A DNA stretch of 64,000 bases from contig OZ024743.1 of NCBI GenBank assembly GCA_964016885.1, positions 239,444,001 to 239,508,000 on the forward strand. Direction: 5' to 3'. Position 1 is the first letter of the stretch. Each line of letters begins with the position of its first letter. The translations under genes and the position numbers were made by a program. Of this stretch, positions 45,690-63,482 are shown piece after piece. Under the pieces are notes generated by a model. That model saw nothing but the letters and a program-made list of their open reading frames with translations. It did no database searches and was not told where the DNA came from. Origin of the DNA: Eledone cirrhosa. Taxonomy: Eukaryota.

Positions 45690-46095
45690 TCGACCTATTT
45701 GTAGTAGAAATAAGAGTGAGAAAGCCATGAACGCCAACGCATCAATTGTGATTCCAAACAGAAAGTTGGTTTAAATATATTGATTTTCTATATAATTTTG
45801 TAGTTGTCTCGGTGGCGTAATGGTAGGTATTAGAGACGATGTACATCCTTCTTTGAGGTTCAATCCTGGTCAGAATCTTCACATTGGGTGTTTCACTAAT
45901 CCTTTTCATGTTTTATTTTATTATTATGAAATAAAAAATGAAGACCTCCAGCGTCTCTACCATTGGGCCACTAAGACAACTACGCAAATGCAGTGAAAAT
46001 TAATATCTATAAATCTAATTTTTATTTTGAAGCAAAATTGATGTGTTGGCGTTTATGCTTCTCTCACTGGTACTCTTGCTAAAAAAAGGGTCAAA
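45690..46095. mobile_element. Degenerate inverted-repeat (MITE-like) element enclosing a tRNA-like head
   Basis: Imperfect arms about 45690-45826 / 45957-46095; TGGCGTAATGG and GGTTCAATCC boxes at about 45813-45866. Confidence 0.5.
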
Positions 46096-46858
46096 CTAGC
46101 CTTTCACTCATTATGTCCTTTCATAAAGTAAATCTTGACATTATTTCTGATCACTCCTGAGTTGATGAACATACAATGTCTCCGGCTGCAATAAGGTTCA
46201 CTAACTTAAAATCTGTCATGTACGTGTGTATGCCTGTGTATGTAAAATATTCCAAATTAATACGACGTGCACTTAAAGCTGATTCCTATATATTTATATA
46301 TATTGAAATTTGAACTGACATTATGTGCCTTGTAGTAATATTCCGTCGATAGCGCAGTGTATATGCACATTTTTCATTCGTTAAAACTAAAAATTAAAAG
46401 AAATTCTATATCCACATATAAAGATTGAACTCCTGACGATATATTACGTTCCATATAATAACAACATTACACACTGAGCAGATACGTCACTTACATACAT
46501 ATGAATTTGTACATAGAAGATTAAGTATTAAAACCTGAATTTGTAATTTTTTAATATTTTTCCACCACTATGTTCTCAGTGTAAATCCTGTCAAGATTAA
46601 TTTTCAAGGTTTTATATAGAAACAAATACATTATAGTACGAATATTGTACCAGTCACATACAGGGATGAATTTATTTGATCGGCTTCTCCTTGTAAAATG
46701 TTTGACTTTTATATACGTAAGACATACATTTTATATACAAACAGAATATCGTAATGGAAAATAATTTATTCAATAAATTTTAATTAAAATATGTTTCAAT
46801 AGACAAAAGAATTAATGAAAGTAAGGAAGTAAGAAAAATTATTAGTACTATTATTTAG

Positions 46859-46891
<33 letters not shown>

Positions 46892-46898
46892 TTATAGT

Positions 46899-47100
46899 TA
46901 ATAAACAACATAAGATAATAATTTCATTTACCAAAGGTTTCACGAAGACAGACGTCTGTGTCAGGCTCGTATCTCTTCGTGAAACCTTTGGTAAAATGAA
47001 ATAATTATCTTATGTTGTTTATTACATAACTAAAAAGGTCTGTACCCTACATAGAGCACTCTCTTTTCCTTTACATTTCATATACACATTTCCTTTACAC

Positions 47101-47103
<3 letters not shown>
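46899..47103 (+). mobile_element. Fold-back mini-element containing the 3' half of an HHR
   Basis: Arms about 46899-46948 / 46974-47024; GAAA-CCTTTGG-TA at 46981-46993; tail to (TA)n. Confidence 0.7.
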
Positions 47104-47170
<67 letters not shown>

Positions 47171-47577
47171 AATTATTGTTTATGAACAAATATCATTATT
47201 TCTGAAGACAGTATATATATGTGTAGGTATGTATATTCCCTCTGATAGTTTGTAAAACTTTTACATAGATCTATATGATATACATACCAACACACACATA
47301 TATATCCTAGAATGGATCGTAAAATGATGAATTTTTTAATATAAGGAACTGTTTCATTGTTTTTATTCATTGTTTTTATTAATTTATCTTGACTCTGTTT
47401 TCCTGTGTTTTTCATCGAAAAAATGTTGAATACATCTCTTTTCATGATATTTGGATTACATTGAGTTCTTCATACGGATTGGACACTACTGTATATTTTG
47501 GTAGATTTATCTACATATATATATATCCAAAATCAGCCGTCGAAACGGCTTGAGCTCAGCCGTCGGGGTCCTACTCG

Positions 47578-47662
<85 letters not shown>

Positions 47663-47674
47663 ATATATATATAT

Positions 47675-51286
<3,612 letters not shown>

Positions 51287-51333
51287 AATAAGATAACAAG
51301 GACGAATGGTTATTCCTTCATTACGTTTATTGG

Positions 51334-51422
51334 TCGGTGACGCGCGTTTCGCCATTGATCAGCTCAAGATTCGATCTGTATCGATTTGACCTGACTCTGT
51401 AATCCGCGGCTCGTCAGAGCCC
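51334..51422 (-). ncRNA. Type I hammerhead ribozyme, stem I degenerate
   Basis: Reverse complement CTGACGA-GCCG..TGGC-GAAA-CGCGCG-TC. Confidence 0.6.
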
Positions 51423-51854
51423 TTGTAATGTTAATGGAAGAATGAATACATGCTGTATGATAAAGTCAGAAGTTCTAATGGTAGTCATTAAAGTGTTTTG
51501 ATTGGTGAATTAATTCATAGGGTAGTTTTTGCCTGTAGCGTATCTGGGTAGGTGGTGTTGTGAAAAGTTGGTGGTGTCGTTCGCAGGGTGAAGTGGCCGC
51601 GATGTAGGAGTGGTGGCTGTCGTTAGACAGTTTGGCTTGTAGATGTGGCTGATTTTTGTGTGTAGTGTGGGTGTGGTGGTGTTGTTTGTGATAAATATGA
51701 AAGGTTGCGGTGTTTATGGTGGTGTGATGATTGTGTTGGTGGTTTCATTTCCATAAGGAGATACATACATAGACACACTAAGTCTGACAAATACGTTGTA
51801 TAGATACACATGAGTGTGTGTATATATATATCTATATAAGTTTTTATATAGAAG

Positions 51855-51905
51855 AGCTTCTACAGGACTAGAACTGTTTCATTCGTGAGAAATCATCAGG
51901 AAGCT
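51855..51905 (-). ncRNA. Type I hammerhead ribozyme
   Basis: Reverse complement AGCTTC-CTGATGA-TTTC-TCAC-GAAT-GAAA-CAG-TTCTAGTC-CTG-TA-GAAGCT. Confidence 0.9.
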
Positions 51906-52387
51906 AACTGTCCAAGTAAAAATGGTGGTATTTATATATTTTCTGGTGGTAGGAGAGGGTCGGGAGTAGGATGGGTGGAGGTCGTTGGTTGAAAGGGAAG
52001 GGAATTCTTTAAAAGCTAATTCTTTAAAGCATTACTTAGAGTGACAAGGGCAGAAGGAATTCTATAAACAAGTTCAATTTGGGGTGCCTCTACTTATTGT
52101 CACGTTTCTCTTAAGCTATATTTCAGGTGTCTGCAAGCACATTCCAACACACACACACACACACACACAGATAAACCTATATATGCATATACACACACAC
52201 TCACACACACACATATATATATATATATTTTTTTTTTTATACATATATATACACATATATACACGTACATACATATTTATATATACACACGCAAATACAT
52301 ATACATATATATAAATAACTTTTACTCCCACACACGCGCAAAAACCAAACTCCTACACCCATATATGCATACACACCCACACACACG

Positions 52388-52431
<44 letters not shown>

Positions 52432-52606
52432 CACATACACACACATATACATACAAACACGTCTACACACACACACAGCTATACACATATACACACATAT
52501 ATACACATATATATATACATATATACACAGACATGCATATATATATATACATACACACACACATATATATATACATATACACACATACATAGATACACAC
52601 ACATAT

Positions 52607-53012
52607 AGTGGCTGCCAACTCGTTTTCGAGTACGGCCACTACTTTATATCCATGTAGGAAAACCCCTACCGATGCGCTGAACGAGTGTGACTTTTTAATC
52701 CAGCCAGCGACTTGAAAACTCTGGTACAAACACTACACTTGTGACAATTATTAACACATAGTGCTGGGCCCATGGTACCATGTGATGACAAGTGCAGAGA
52801 GATCTCCAGATATAAAGCAATGCCTGTGCCGTGAAGCTTTTATAGTGAGCAAAGGCACTGCACAAAGCCAGTCCCACTCTCTTAACCAAGATGATATTTA
52901 CCAAAAAGAAGAACAAGTCAACATCATTGGATACCATCAGGGTTGCAGGTGTTATATCAGAGTTTTCCTTCTCCTAGAATTCTGCCTTGACAAAGGCTAA
53001 GGGGTCATCTCA
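52607..53012 (-). mobile_element. Dispersed copy of the internally deleted RTE derivative
   Basis: Reverse complement matches about 61300-61715. Confidence 0.75.
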
Positions 53013-54944
53013 TCACACACATATACACACATACATACACACAAACTGAAAATAAAAAGTTACGGGCGAAAAAGGGTATTATCCATCATCAGTTGTCTTC
53101 TAGGAATCATCGATATTTCTTCGCGTTAGAGACAAGATATCTCAACTTAGTGGGATCAATAACTAAAATAAGTTATTGCTATAGAAAGGGGGAAAGAGAG
53201 AAAAAAATACGTAAACAGACACGAAAAGTAAAGGAACGTAAAGAGAGGAAAATATATAAGTTACGGACGAAAGAGCGTATTACCCATCATCAGTTGTCTG
53301 CTAGGAATCATCGATATTTCTTCGCTTCCTCTTACTTTCACTCACCACTCTCTGCTAGTCACCCTCTCTCCGCTAGCTCACTTCCACCCTCGTCCGCCAT
53401 TGCAAGCAGTCTTTTTTCTCGCTCACACTGCTACAGTCAAGACGTGTCTGCTCTCACTCGTCACACTTGCCAGGACTTATGTCCGAAAAAAAGTTTGACT
53501 TGATATTTTTCCTCTCTTTCCGTTGCTTTACTTTAAATACTTCCATCATGTCACTCGTCTGCAATAATATTTACTAAGATCAAATCTGTCATACGTCATT
53601 CCTCTGTGTGTGTTTGAGTGTGTGTGCGCATATGCCAGAGTTTGTATGTAGGTATGTCTGCATGTGTGTAAGTGTGGGCGTGTATGCATCACTTTTGAAA
53701 TAAAACCAATAAACAAGACAGGGAGGCTGTGTCAAAAGAAACCACACAGATGAGGTCTGAATAATGTACAATAAAAAAACTAAAAACAATGTTTAAAGAA
53801 AGAAAAACATAAAAAAATGATTACAAACAAACGCATGAAGACAAAGACAATCAGAGCCACAATTTAATATCTGGAGATCAACATTTTTCACGATATAGAT
53901 AAAACTGCATCTTGAGGGTTTTTATTTTCTGAAGCCCTACTGCTGTCCAGTTCTCCTGAGAATTTCTTATCAATTTTAATATTCCATATTCTGTAGACAT
54001 ATTGTCGATGATTTACGTTACAATTTTGTTGATGGAATATTATTGTCTTTAAATCATTTATTTCTTATAAAAAATTATAATGGTAACCTCCTCTGCTTAG
54101 ATTTATATTTTACTTCAGGAATACTGTATTAACATTTATATTTCCAACCATGTTCTTAAGTAATAAGATTGTTGTGTAATATTGCTAATGCAATGCAGGC
54201 TATAGACAAGGGAAATAGGGGCTTAGTTATTTATACACTGCACCCTTACGCCATCCGAATTTAGTCTACACCAGGGCTTCCCAACCTGAGCGATTTTAAC
54301 TGTTGTTTGAGCGATTAGCAACGGAACAAAAAATTGTGGATGATTGGAAATGTTAGTGGGCAATAGAGGATTTTGAGTATTAAAGAAGATATTTCAACAT
54401 ATGCTACCCAAAAAGGAGATATTGAAAGGAGATATGCAAAGAACCTGTATAACACAAAACATGAGACTAAACGGGAATAATGAACAGGTAGCAAACATAT
54501 TTGGTATACTTTTAAATATTTACTATACAGGTGGATGGTGGGAAATTTTTCTATGTGAATGTGTAGTGATGACGCAAGAATATTGAGGAATCCTTGGCTT
54601 AAACCTTACTAAGTGTTCTGGGAACTATCCCCCTAGATATATATTATAGGTCTTCAGTCATTAACCTTCCACAGTTGGTGAGATATTTTGTCTTTGATAT
54701 CACGGCCGGAGAGTTCTATTTAGCCAAATCCTTTATCTTATCTACTGGCATCTTATGGTCTAGCGATCACCAATATCAGTGATACCACCAGTACCACTGT
54801 AGTAGCATTAGATCTGCAGCGGGAGTCACCCCACCACAACTAACACTAGATCATATCTAAAGAAACCAAGTCATTCCACTATACACAAATCCATTGATAA
54901 AAACATAGTCAATAAATATATTAATGGATAATTAGATAAATAAA

Positions 54945-55133
54945 ATAATTGTTTCTACTTTAGGTACAAGGCCAGCAATTATCCAGTGCATTACTGGTAC
55001 TTTATTTTATCGACCCCGTAAGGATGAAAGGCAAAGTCAACCTCGGCGGGATTTGAACTCAGATCGTAAAGGGACGTAACTATACTGGAAAGCATGGCGT
55101 CAAACCCTCTACCGATACTGCCAATCCACCACC
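54945..55133 (-). mobile_element. SINE family A copy
   Basis: Similarity to 750-932. Confidence 0.8.
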
Positions 55134-55405
55134 CGAAATAAAATAATGGATCAATGTTAGACATATGAATTTAAAATTAAAGATATTTAAATTTAAAATC
55201 TGTATTATGTAATATCAATTTTGTGAAATTTAAGATCTTTATAATAAATATAAGTATAGGAAAATGTAGAAGTAAATATTTTAAAATGTGGGGATATCAA
55301 ATTAATACGGCAATACAGGAATATTGAAAAACATGAATATAAACGAAAAACGGGTGTATTGCCGTATTAATTTGATATCCCACATTTTAAAATATTTACT
55401 CCTAC

Positions 55406-55454
<49 letters not shown>

Positions 55455-55458
<4 letters not shown>

Positions 55459-56006
55459 TGTTTCATATGTTTATTTATATGTTAATCAATTTCTAGTTGT
55501 TATAAAATGCTCGGACCTATTCATTAGAATCTTGGAGCTTATTTTACGGGTGATATGGCGCATGCCTTTCTGGCATGACACCCATAATTTTGATTTAGAT
55601 TAAATTCATTTTGATTTATCTTAATTTTGGATATAGATTTATAAATGCGGCTCCTTAATTGTAGAGCTAACTCTGTTGAAAAGACTTGACTGCTGTTTCT
55701 AGTTGTCGATAACCCTATTCACGCCACTGGGACGAAGCTTGTATGATCACAGATCGCTGGACTTCTTCCTTGTTGAAAATCCAAGTATCGGCCTCCGTGG
55801 TTTACCATTCGATTAATTGGTGAAATATATTTCTTTAATGGAATATATACAGGGAAGATTAATCATATTATAAGGTATCTATTTTTGAAGTTCTAGTTAA
55901 CTTTATTTAGTTATCTACCTAGCTGTGTGCTTACAGACTTGTAAAAATTATCCCCTGTGATTGTTTCATATGTTTATTTATATGTTAATTAATTTCTAGT
56001 TGTTAT
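55455..56006. repeat. (TA)n-flanked element with about 50-bp terminal direct repeats
   Basis: TGATTGTTTCATATG..CTAGTTGTTATA at 55455 and 55958; internal part recurs inverted at about 30768-30832. Confidence 0.55.
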
Positions 56007-56711
56007 ATATATATATATATACAATCCTTAAAAAAATCAAATTCTTAAAGCATATGCAAAAGATGCATATATATTATTGTTTGATCTGTATTACGCTCAT
56101 TTAAAATTTTATAATTCCATGTCTATATATATACTTAAATAAGATCTATATTCACGCATAACCATTTATTTACTAAATAATATTTTTTTGTTTTAAATAA
56201 CGATATACAATGTCTTATACTACAATACATTATATTTATAACTGCACTCATCATAATATTAAAATATATGCGAAAATATACAGGGTATCTTTCACATATT
56301 ATTGTAATTACTTTAATAAATTAATAGTTCACAATTTAATAAAATACATTATAATTCTCATCTAAATATTCTTAGAATATATTAAAAAATCAAATAAATA
56401 AATAAGTATAATTATATCATTCTTTCTAAACCCATGTATATATATTTGGGTGTATATATGCATATTTCTATAAATAATTCTAAAATAACTCTACAATAAT
56501 TGTTTCAAATTTAATAGCAAAACCTTTTTAAAAAATGTTAATGCATATTTAAAATTTATCTAGCGTCTAAACTTAACGAATCTTTTCAGTTTTAACGTTA
56601 TCCTCATTAGCATATTTCCCTGAGTTTTGAAAAATGTTATTCACTATCCTCACTGAACTTATAATATGAAGTTCACATGAAGATATGTCACTATCTTTAC
56701 ACCAATTATTA

Positions 56712-56771
56712 TATTGTATCTGACGAAAGTGTACTTAATATTAGTACCCTTGAAATACGTATAATAAAGTA
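56712..56771 (+). ncRNA. Type I hammerhead ribozyme
   Basis: TATTGTAT-CTGACGA-AAGTGTACT..AGTACCCTT-GAAA-TACGTA-TA-ATAAAGTA. Confidence 0.8.
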
Positions 56772-56913
56772 AATATGGTTTTATAAAGATATTTTCCATT
56801 TATTAATATTATTGTTATTATTAATGATACTCCGAAAAAAAACTATTGAGTGCTTCTAATCTGTTGTAAAATTAACTTTGTTGAATAATCAACAAACCAA
56901 ATAACTCTTTGTT

Positions 56914-56957
<44 letters not shown>

Positions 56958-57029
56958 TAACAGATTAAAGTTTAAACAAAGAATCGCTGCTTTCACCATT
57001 ATGTATTTTAGACTTCACATTTATTATTA

Positions 57030-57684
57030 TATATCTATACAAAACAGTGGTTATAGAGAAAAGGTGAAGTTGGAAATAGAACAGAAAATATATTTTAGGG
57101 TCTGTTGTTCTTTTTTTTCTCCTCTCTTTGATTCATCAGAGTGACACTATTGAAAAAAATGAGAGGGACAATTCTTTTAAAAACGAGTTTTATAATGTAT
57201 ATAAAGTATATAATTTTTTCTACTATAATGTATATAAAGTATATAATTGTTTCTACTTTTAGGCACAAGGCCAGCAATTATTCCAGTACATTACTGGTAC
57301 TTTATTTTATCGACCCCGTAAGGATGAAAGGCAAAGTTAACCTCGGCGGGAATTGAACTCAGATCGTAAAGGGACGTAACTATGCTGGAAAGCATAACCC
57401 ATCCCTCTACCGATACTGCCAATTATACGCCCTATATAGTATATAATGTATGACAGTCTCTTTCTCGCTGGTTGGCGTTTATCAAAACCACACACTTCCG
57501 GCAGTTTTGATAAACGCCAACCAGCGAGAAACTGACTGTCATACTTTATATACTTTATAAAACTCTTTTTAAAAAGAATTGTCCCTCTCATGTTTTCAAT
57601 AATGTCACTTTGACGAACTAAAGAAAGGAAAAAAAAGAAAAACAGGCCCTAAAATATATTTTCCGTGCTATTTCCAACTTCACC

Positions 57685-57690
<6 letters not shown>
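57030..57690. mobile_element. Large fold-back PLE-end element with a SINE A copy (57244-57431) inserted in the left arm
   Basis: Palindrome centred at about 57496; arms reach about 57055 and 57690; related to 27040-27245 and 16905-17415. Confidence 0.7.
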
Positions 57691-57732
<42 letters not shown>

Positions 57733-57747
57733 CTCTCTCGCTCTCTC

Positions 57748-57784
<37 letters not shown>

Positions 57785-60342
57785 TATATATATATATATA
57801 TGCGACTGTTTTCTATAGTTTCTGCTTACCACATCACACTCAATCAATAACAAGATATTGGTCAATCGAAGTATATTATAGAAGACATGCAGTGAAATTG
57901 AACCCAGGATTGGCTGCAAAATAAATTCCTTAACCGCACTTTCATTACTTTTCTACGCCCATATATTTATTATCTTATATCGAATTAGCAGTTTGAAATT
58001 GTAGCTTGCTTTTATATATTTAGTTACATATAATAAGGAGATATTTCTGTATTCATCCGTACTCTACCAGCACTTCGTCCCGACCACCATCACTACACCC
58101 TTAATTCATCAGCTAAACATCCAAGACCGCCCTTCTAAGTTCCACAACATTTCATACTCTCTCTTCCATCCTACCCCACACGCACATCTGTGTCCAGACC
58201 AATTACACTTGTCCTCATATTATATGTTCTAGGTAAACACTGCTGCAACAAACAACAAAAACAGCAACAACGACAAAAGCAAAAATAACCACCAACACAA
58301 CTACAAGCACAATAATAATAACAACAAAAGCAACACACTCATTCACATCCACTCAGACACACACACTTATACAATTACGCCCACTCACGCCCCATATATA
58401 TATGTGTATATATATATATATATATAGTTGTAATTTTTCTATATATTTCATTTGAAATGAACATTTGGAATGTTAGATAATTAGTGCAGCTTTATTTAAT
58501 TAGAAAACAAAACCTAATGACGATGTAATTAGTAACGAGAATATTTTTTTAAATTTGTTATTTTAAATGGTTTTCTTGTTTCTTTTTTTACTTAATTCTT
58601 TATTTAATTGTATCGTTCGTTTATATTTGGGCTTCATTTTTCATTCTTTATCATTATCATTTCAATTATTTTTATTATTATTATCATTATTATTATTATT
58701 ATTTTTAAATATAGTTTTATTATATCCCGTATTGTTTGAAATGCAGCTAATTCGTTTGTCGTTATTTTTGTTGTTTTTACAAACTAATTATATTGGAGAG
58801 GGTATATAGAATATATTGTCGACGAATCGATAATTTATTGGTCAGAGTGCTGAATAATGCTCTTCTTTTACTTTATTTTCATGTCGCCAGTGTACTGTGT
58901 CTTCCTTGACAAAGACACATTCTCAACAGTCCATCCCAGACCATGTAAATAAGCCGTTAAATGTGTCACACATCGCGCGTACATTTATATATACTCGCAT
59001 AATACCCGTGTTTTCGAATAACATCGTCATTAGATATTGTTTTCTAAATAAATATGCAGCACTAATTATCTAACACTCCAAAATTTCATTGCTAGTTGTA
59101 CTCGAATACCAGTTGCCCAGGCTCGAAATTAGTTATAACCGAACATTTTTTTAATCATGACCTACACTGCTTAACAGAACAGTATTGGTTTTCTCGTTAA
59201 AACAAATTGTTTTCATGTAAGAAATGAATTATTTTTCTACTATATTTATAGCAAACCTATGTATTCTGCACTGTGCTATAGATATGCGATCATTATGAAC
59301 AACATATTTCATAATTTGATTGTATGAATGCCATATAACTAATTGATGCAAATTAAATAAGGACACAGGATTAAGTGAAATTGAAAATAGTTTTATTTCA
59401 CTTTAAACTATTATTGAACAGAGTAGTTTATCTTTTATTCATCAAATTCTTTAATATTTAAAATAACTTTTTAAATGATTGGTCTGGAGGCTAGCCACTC
59501 ATAGAAAACCTAGAAAAACTTTTTATTGTATGGATGTTAGAAGGGTCGGAGGGTAGACACATATTCAAATATTGCATGTATATATGTATGTGGGGTTGGC
59601 TGGATAACCCGCAAATCCTGGTAGAGTTATAGGGTCACCGTTATAATATACAGTGTCTTGGGCATTTTAAATCCTGGTGGAGCACATCACTCCACACAGC
59701 TAATTTCTTCCCGAGGAAGAGGAAAGGGACGAGAGAGAGAGAGAAAGAAAGAGAGAGAGAGAGAGAGAAAGAAAGAGAGAGAGAGAGAGAGAGATTAAGT
59801 AAGAAAGTTATATAGAGGTGGAATCGAATCTGGTACTTTTGTATTGACCTCAAAAGTATCAAAGGCAAATTTGATGTCGGTGGGTTTTTAACTCGAAGTG
59901 TAGAGAGTCATAACAAATACTGCAAAGCATTCTATCCAACGTTGTAAGATTAGCTAAAGAAGGTGCAAGTTGGTGTCGACACACCTTCAGGACACAAGCA
60001 GGGAATTTATCGGGGCCTATTGTTGGATTGTGTTTAATTTCGTTTATTGCCGCTAAGATAAGGGGGCTAACCGTTATATCCGATATAGTGCGTTGGGCTT
60101 TAACATCACTGATGCAGCACAGTCAGCCATATCAGGATTTCTGAAAACAGCGCAGTATTATTTCTGCAGTATCTCACCCATTGGAGAGTGCCATTTTCAT
60201 CAATTAGTGAGCCAACAGTGGAAAGAGTATATTTTCGCAAATAAAAAGAACATTTGGGATTGTGTTTGATATATTCAATGGCCCATTTCTCCTCAACTGT
60301 TCTGGTGATTGGTGATGGTATTCATGAATTGTTGGAGGTTAT

Positions 60343-60410
<68 letters not shown>

Positions 60411-60411
<1 letters not shown>

Positions 60412-60604
60412 ACACAAAGGAATTGTGGTAAGGAACCAGATGGACCATAATGCACCAGAGTACTCAATACTTGGAGTAGTAGAGTGGGAAATAGGAAAAA
60501 TAAGGACCCCGACGGCAGAGCTCAAGCCTGTTCGACGGTTATTTCTGGACTACAAATAGCCGTTGAATCGGCTTGAGCTCTGCCGTCGGGGTCATACTTT
60601 TTCA
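60411..60604 (-). mobile_element. Fold-back mini-element of the Hydra-type PLE 3' end
   Basis: Homologous to 16698-16889. Confidence 0.85.
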
Positions 60605-60838
60605 TATATATATATATATATAATATATATAAATATAATAAGAAATCACGAAACGAACAAAAAAGGGACCCACTTTTTAATACGAAATTCGTGAATATAC
60701 AGTGTGAGATAGCAGAGCATTGGTGCAATTGTGCCTGGTCTCTGCTATATCATGTTGCATATTCACGATTTTCATATGAAAAAAGTGGGTTTCGCGTCCC
60801 ATTTGCATCCTCTTGTTTGTTCGTTTCGTGATTTCTTG

Positions 60839-61025
60839 ATTGTGGTAAGGAACCAGGTGCACCATAACACACCAGAGTACTCGATATTATGTGTAGTAGA
60901 GTGGGTAATAGGAGAAGGGTCAGGACCACAACGGCTGTGCTACGGCCGTTTCGACAGCTAGACCCGGCGTTCAGATCTAGCTGTCGAAATGGCCGGAGCT
61001 CAGCCATCGTGGTCCTGACTATTTT

Positions 61026-61028
<3 letters not shown>
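60839..61028 (-). mobile_element. Divergent fold-back mini-element of the same family
   Basis: TTGTGGTAAGGAACCAGG..GTTTCGACAGCTAG-loop-CTAGCTGTCGAAA..TTTTCCTA. Confidence 0.8.
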
Positions 61029-61072
<44 letters not shown>

Positions 61073-61154
61073 ATGTATGTGTGTATGTATGTATGTATGT
61101 ATGTATGTATGTATGTATGCTTGTATATATGTATATATGTATATATGTATACAT

Positions 61155-61732
61155 AGGTCGGGTCGTTGGCGACTAAACTGGCAACCCCACCAAGGTTTCT
61201 TCGTGAGGAGGATGACTTTGGACATACTGCAGGACTAAAAACAAAACCTGTCAAAGGGCAAAGGAGCTCTTAAGAGTCAATGGCCATCCAAAATCACCGG
61301 GAGAGATGACTCCTTAGCCTTTGTAAAGGCAGAATTCTAGGAGAAGGAAAACTCTGATATAACACCAGCAACTCTGATGGTATCCAATGATGTTGACTTG
61401 TTCTTCTTTTTGGTAAATATCATCTTGGTTAAGAGAGTGGGACTGGCTTTGTGCAGTGCCTTTGCTCACTATAAAAGCTTCACGGCACAGGCATTGCTTT
61501 ATATCTGGAGATCTCAGCACTTGTCGTCACATGGTACCATGGGCCCAGCACTATGTGTCAATAATTGTCACAAGTGTAGTGTTTGTACCAGAGTTTTCAA
61601 GTCGGTGGCTGGACTAAAAAGTCACACTCGTTCAGGGCATCGGTAAGGGTTCTCCTACATGGATATAAAGTAGATAAAGTAGTGGCAGTACGCGAATACG
61701 AGTTGGCAGTCACCATATATGTATCTATATAA

Positions 61733-61792
<60 letters not shown>

Positions 61793-62910
61793 ATGTATAT
61801 GTATATGTATGTATATGTATGTATATGTATGTATATGTATGTATGTATATGTATGTATATATATATATGTATGTATATCTATATATATATATATGTATGT
61901 ATATCTATATATATTTGTATGTATATTTATATGTATGTATGTATATGTATATATATATGTATGTATGTATATATATATGTATGTGTGTATATATATATGT
62001 ATGTATGTATATGTATATATATATGTATGTATGTATGTGTATATATATATGTATGTATATGTATATATATATATGTATGTATATATATATATATATGTAT
62101 GTATGTATATGTATATATATATGTATGTATGTATATGTATATATATATGTATGTATATGTATATATATATATGTATGTATATATATATGTATGTATGTAT
62201 ATGTATATATATATGTATGTATATGTATATATGTATGTATATGTATATATGTATATGTATATATGTATGTATATGTATATATATATATATATGTATGTAT
62301 ATGTAAATAAACATACATATACAACCTGTCTCATGGCAGGTCGTTGGCAACTAAACTGGCAACCCCACCAAGGTTTCTTCGTGAGGAGGGTGACTTTGGA
62401 CATCCTGCAGGACTAAAAACAAAACCTGTCAAAGGGCAAAGGAGCTCTTAAGAGTCAATGGCCATCCAAAATCACCGGGAGAGATGACTCCTTAGCCTTT
62501 GTAAAGGCAGAATTCTAGGAGAAGGAAAACTCTGATATAACACCTGCAACTCTGATGGTATCTAATGATGTTGACTTGTTCTTCTTTTTGGTAAATATCA
62601 TCTTGGTTAAGAGAGTGAGACTGGCTTTGTGCAGTGCCTTTGCTCACTATGAAAGCTTCACAGCACAGGCATTGCTTTCTATCTGGAGATCTCTGCACTT
62701 GTCGTCACATGGTACCATGGGCCCAGCACTATGTGTCAATAATTGTCACAAGTGTAGTGTTTGTACCAGAGTTTTCAAGTCGGTGGCTGGACTAAAAAGT
62801 CACACTCGTTCAGGGCATCGGTAAGGGTTCTCCTACATGGATATAAAGTAGATAAAGTAGTGGCAGTACGCGAATACGAGTTGGCAGTCACCATATATGT
62901 ATCTATATAA

Positions 62911-62972
<62 letters not shown>

Positions 62973-63437
62973 ATGTATATGTATATGTATGTATATGTAT
63001 GTATATGTATGTATATGTATGTATGTATATGTATGTATATATATATATGTATGTATATCTATATATATATATATGTATGTATATCTATATATATTTGTAT
63101 GTATATTTATATGTATGTATGTATATGTATATATATATGTATGTATGTATATATATATGTATGTGTGTATATATATATGTATGTATGTATATGTATATAT
63201 ATATGTATGTATGTATGTGTATATATATATGTATGTATATGTATATATATATATGTATGTATATATATATATGTATGTATGTATATGTATATATATATGT
63301 ATGTATGTATATGTATATATATATGTATGTATATGTATATATATATATGTATGTATATATATATGTATGTATGTATATGTATATATATATGTATGTATAT
63401 GTATATATATGTGTATGTATATGTATATGTATGTATG

Positions 63438-63482
<45 letters not shown>

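Noticed and set aside
53058-53325. About 67-bp direct repeats with minus-strand CTGATGA
   Set aside because: No GAAA or stem III follows; a possible pLTR relic but not callable as an HHR
54272-54380. CAGGGCTTCCCAACCT resembling a hAT terminus
   Set aside because: No matching second TIR or TSD found
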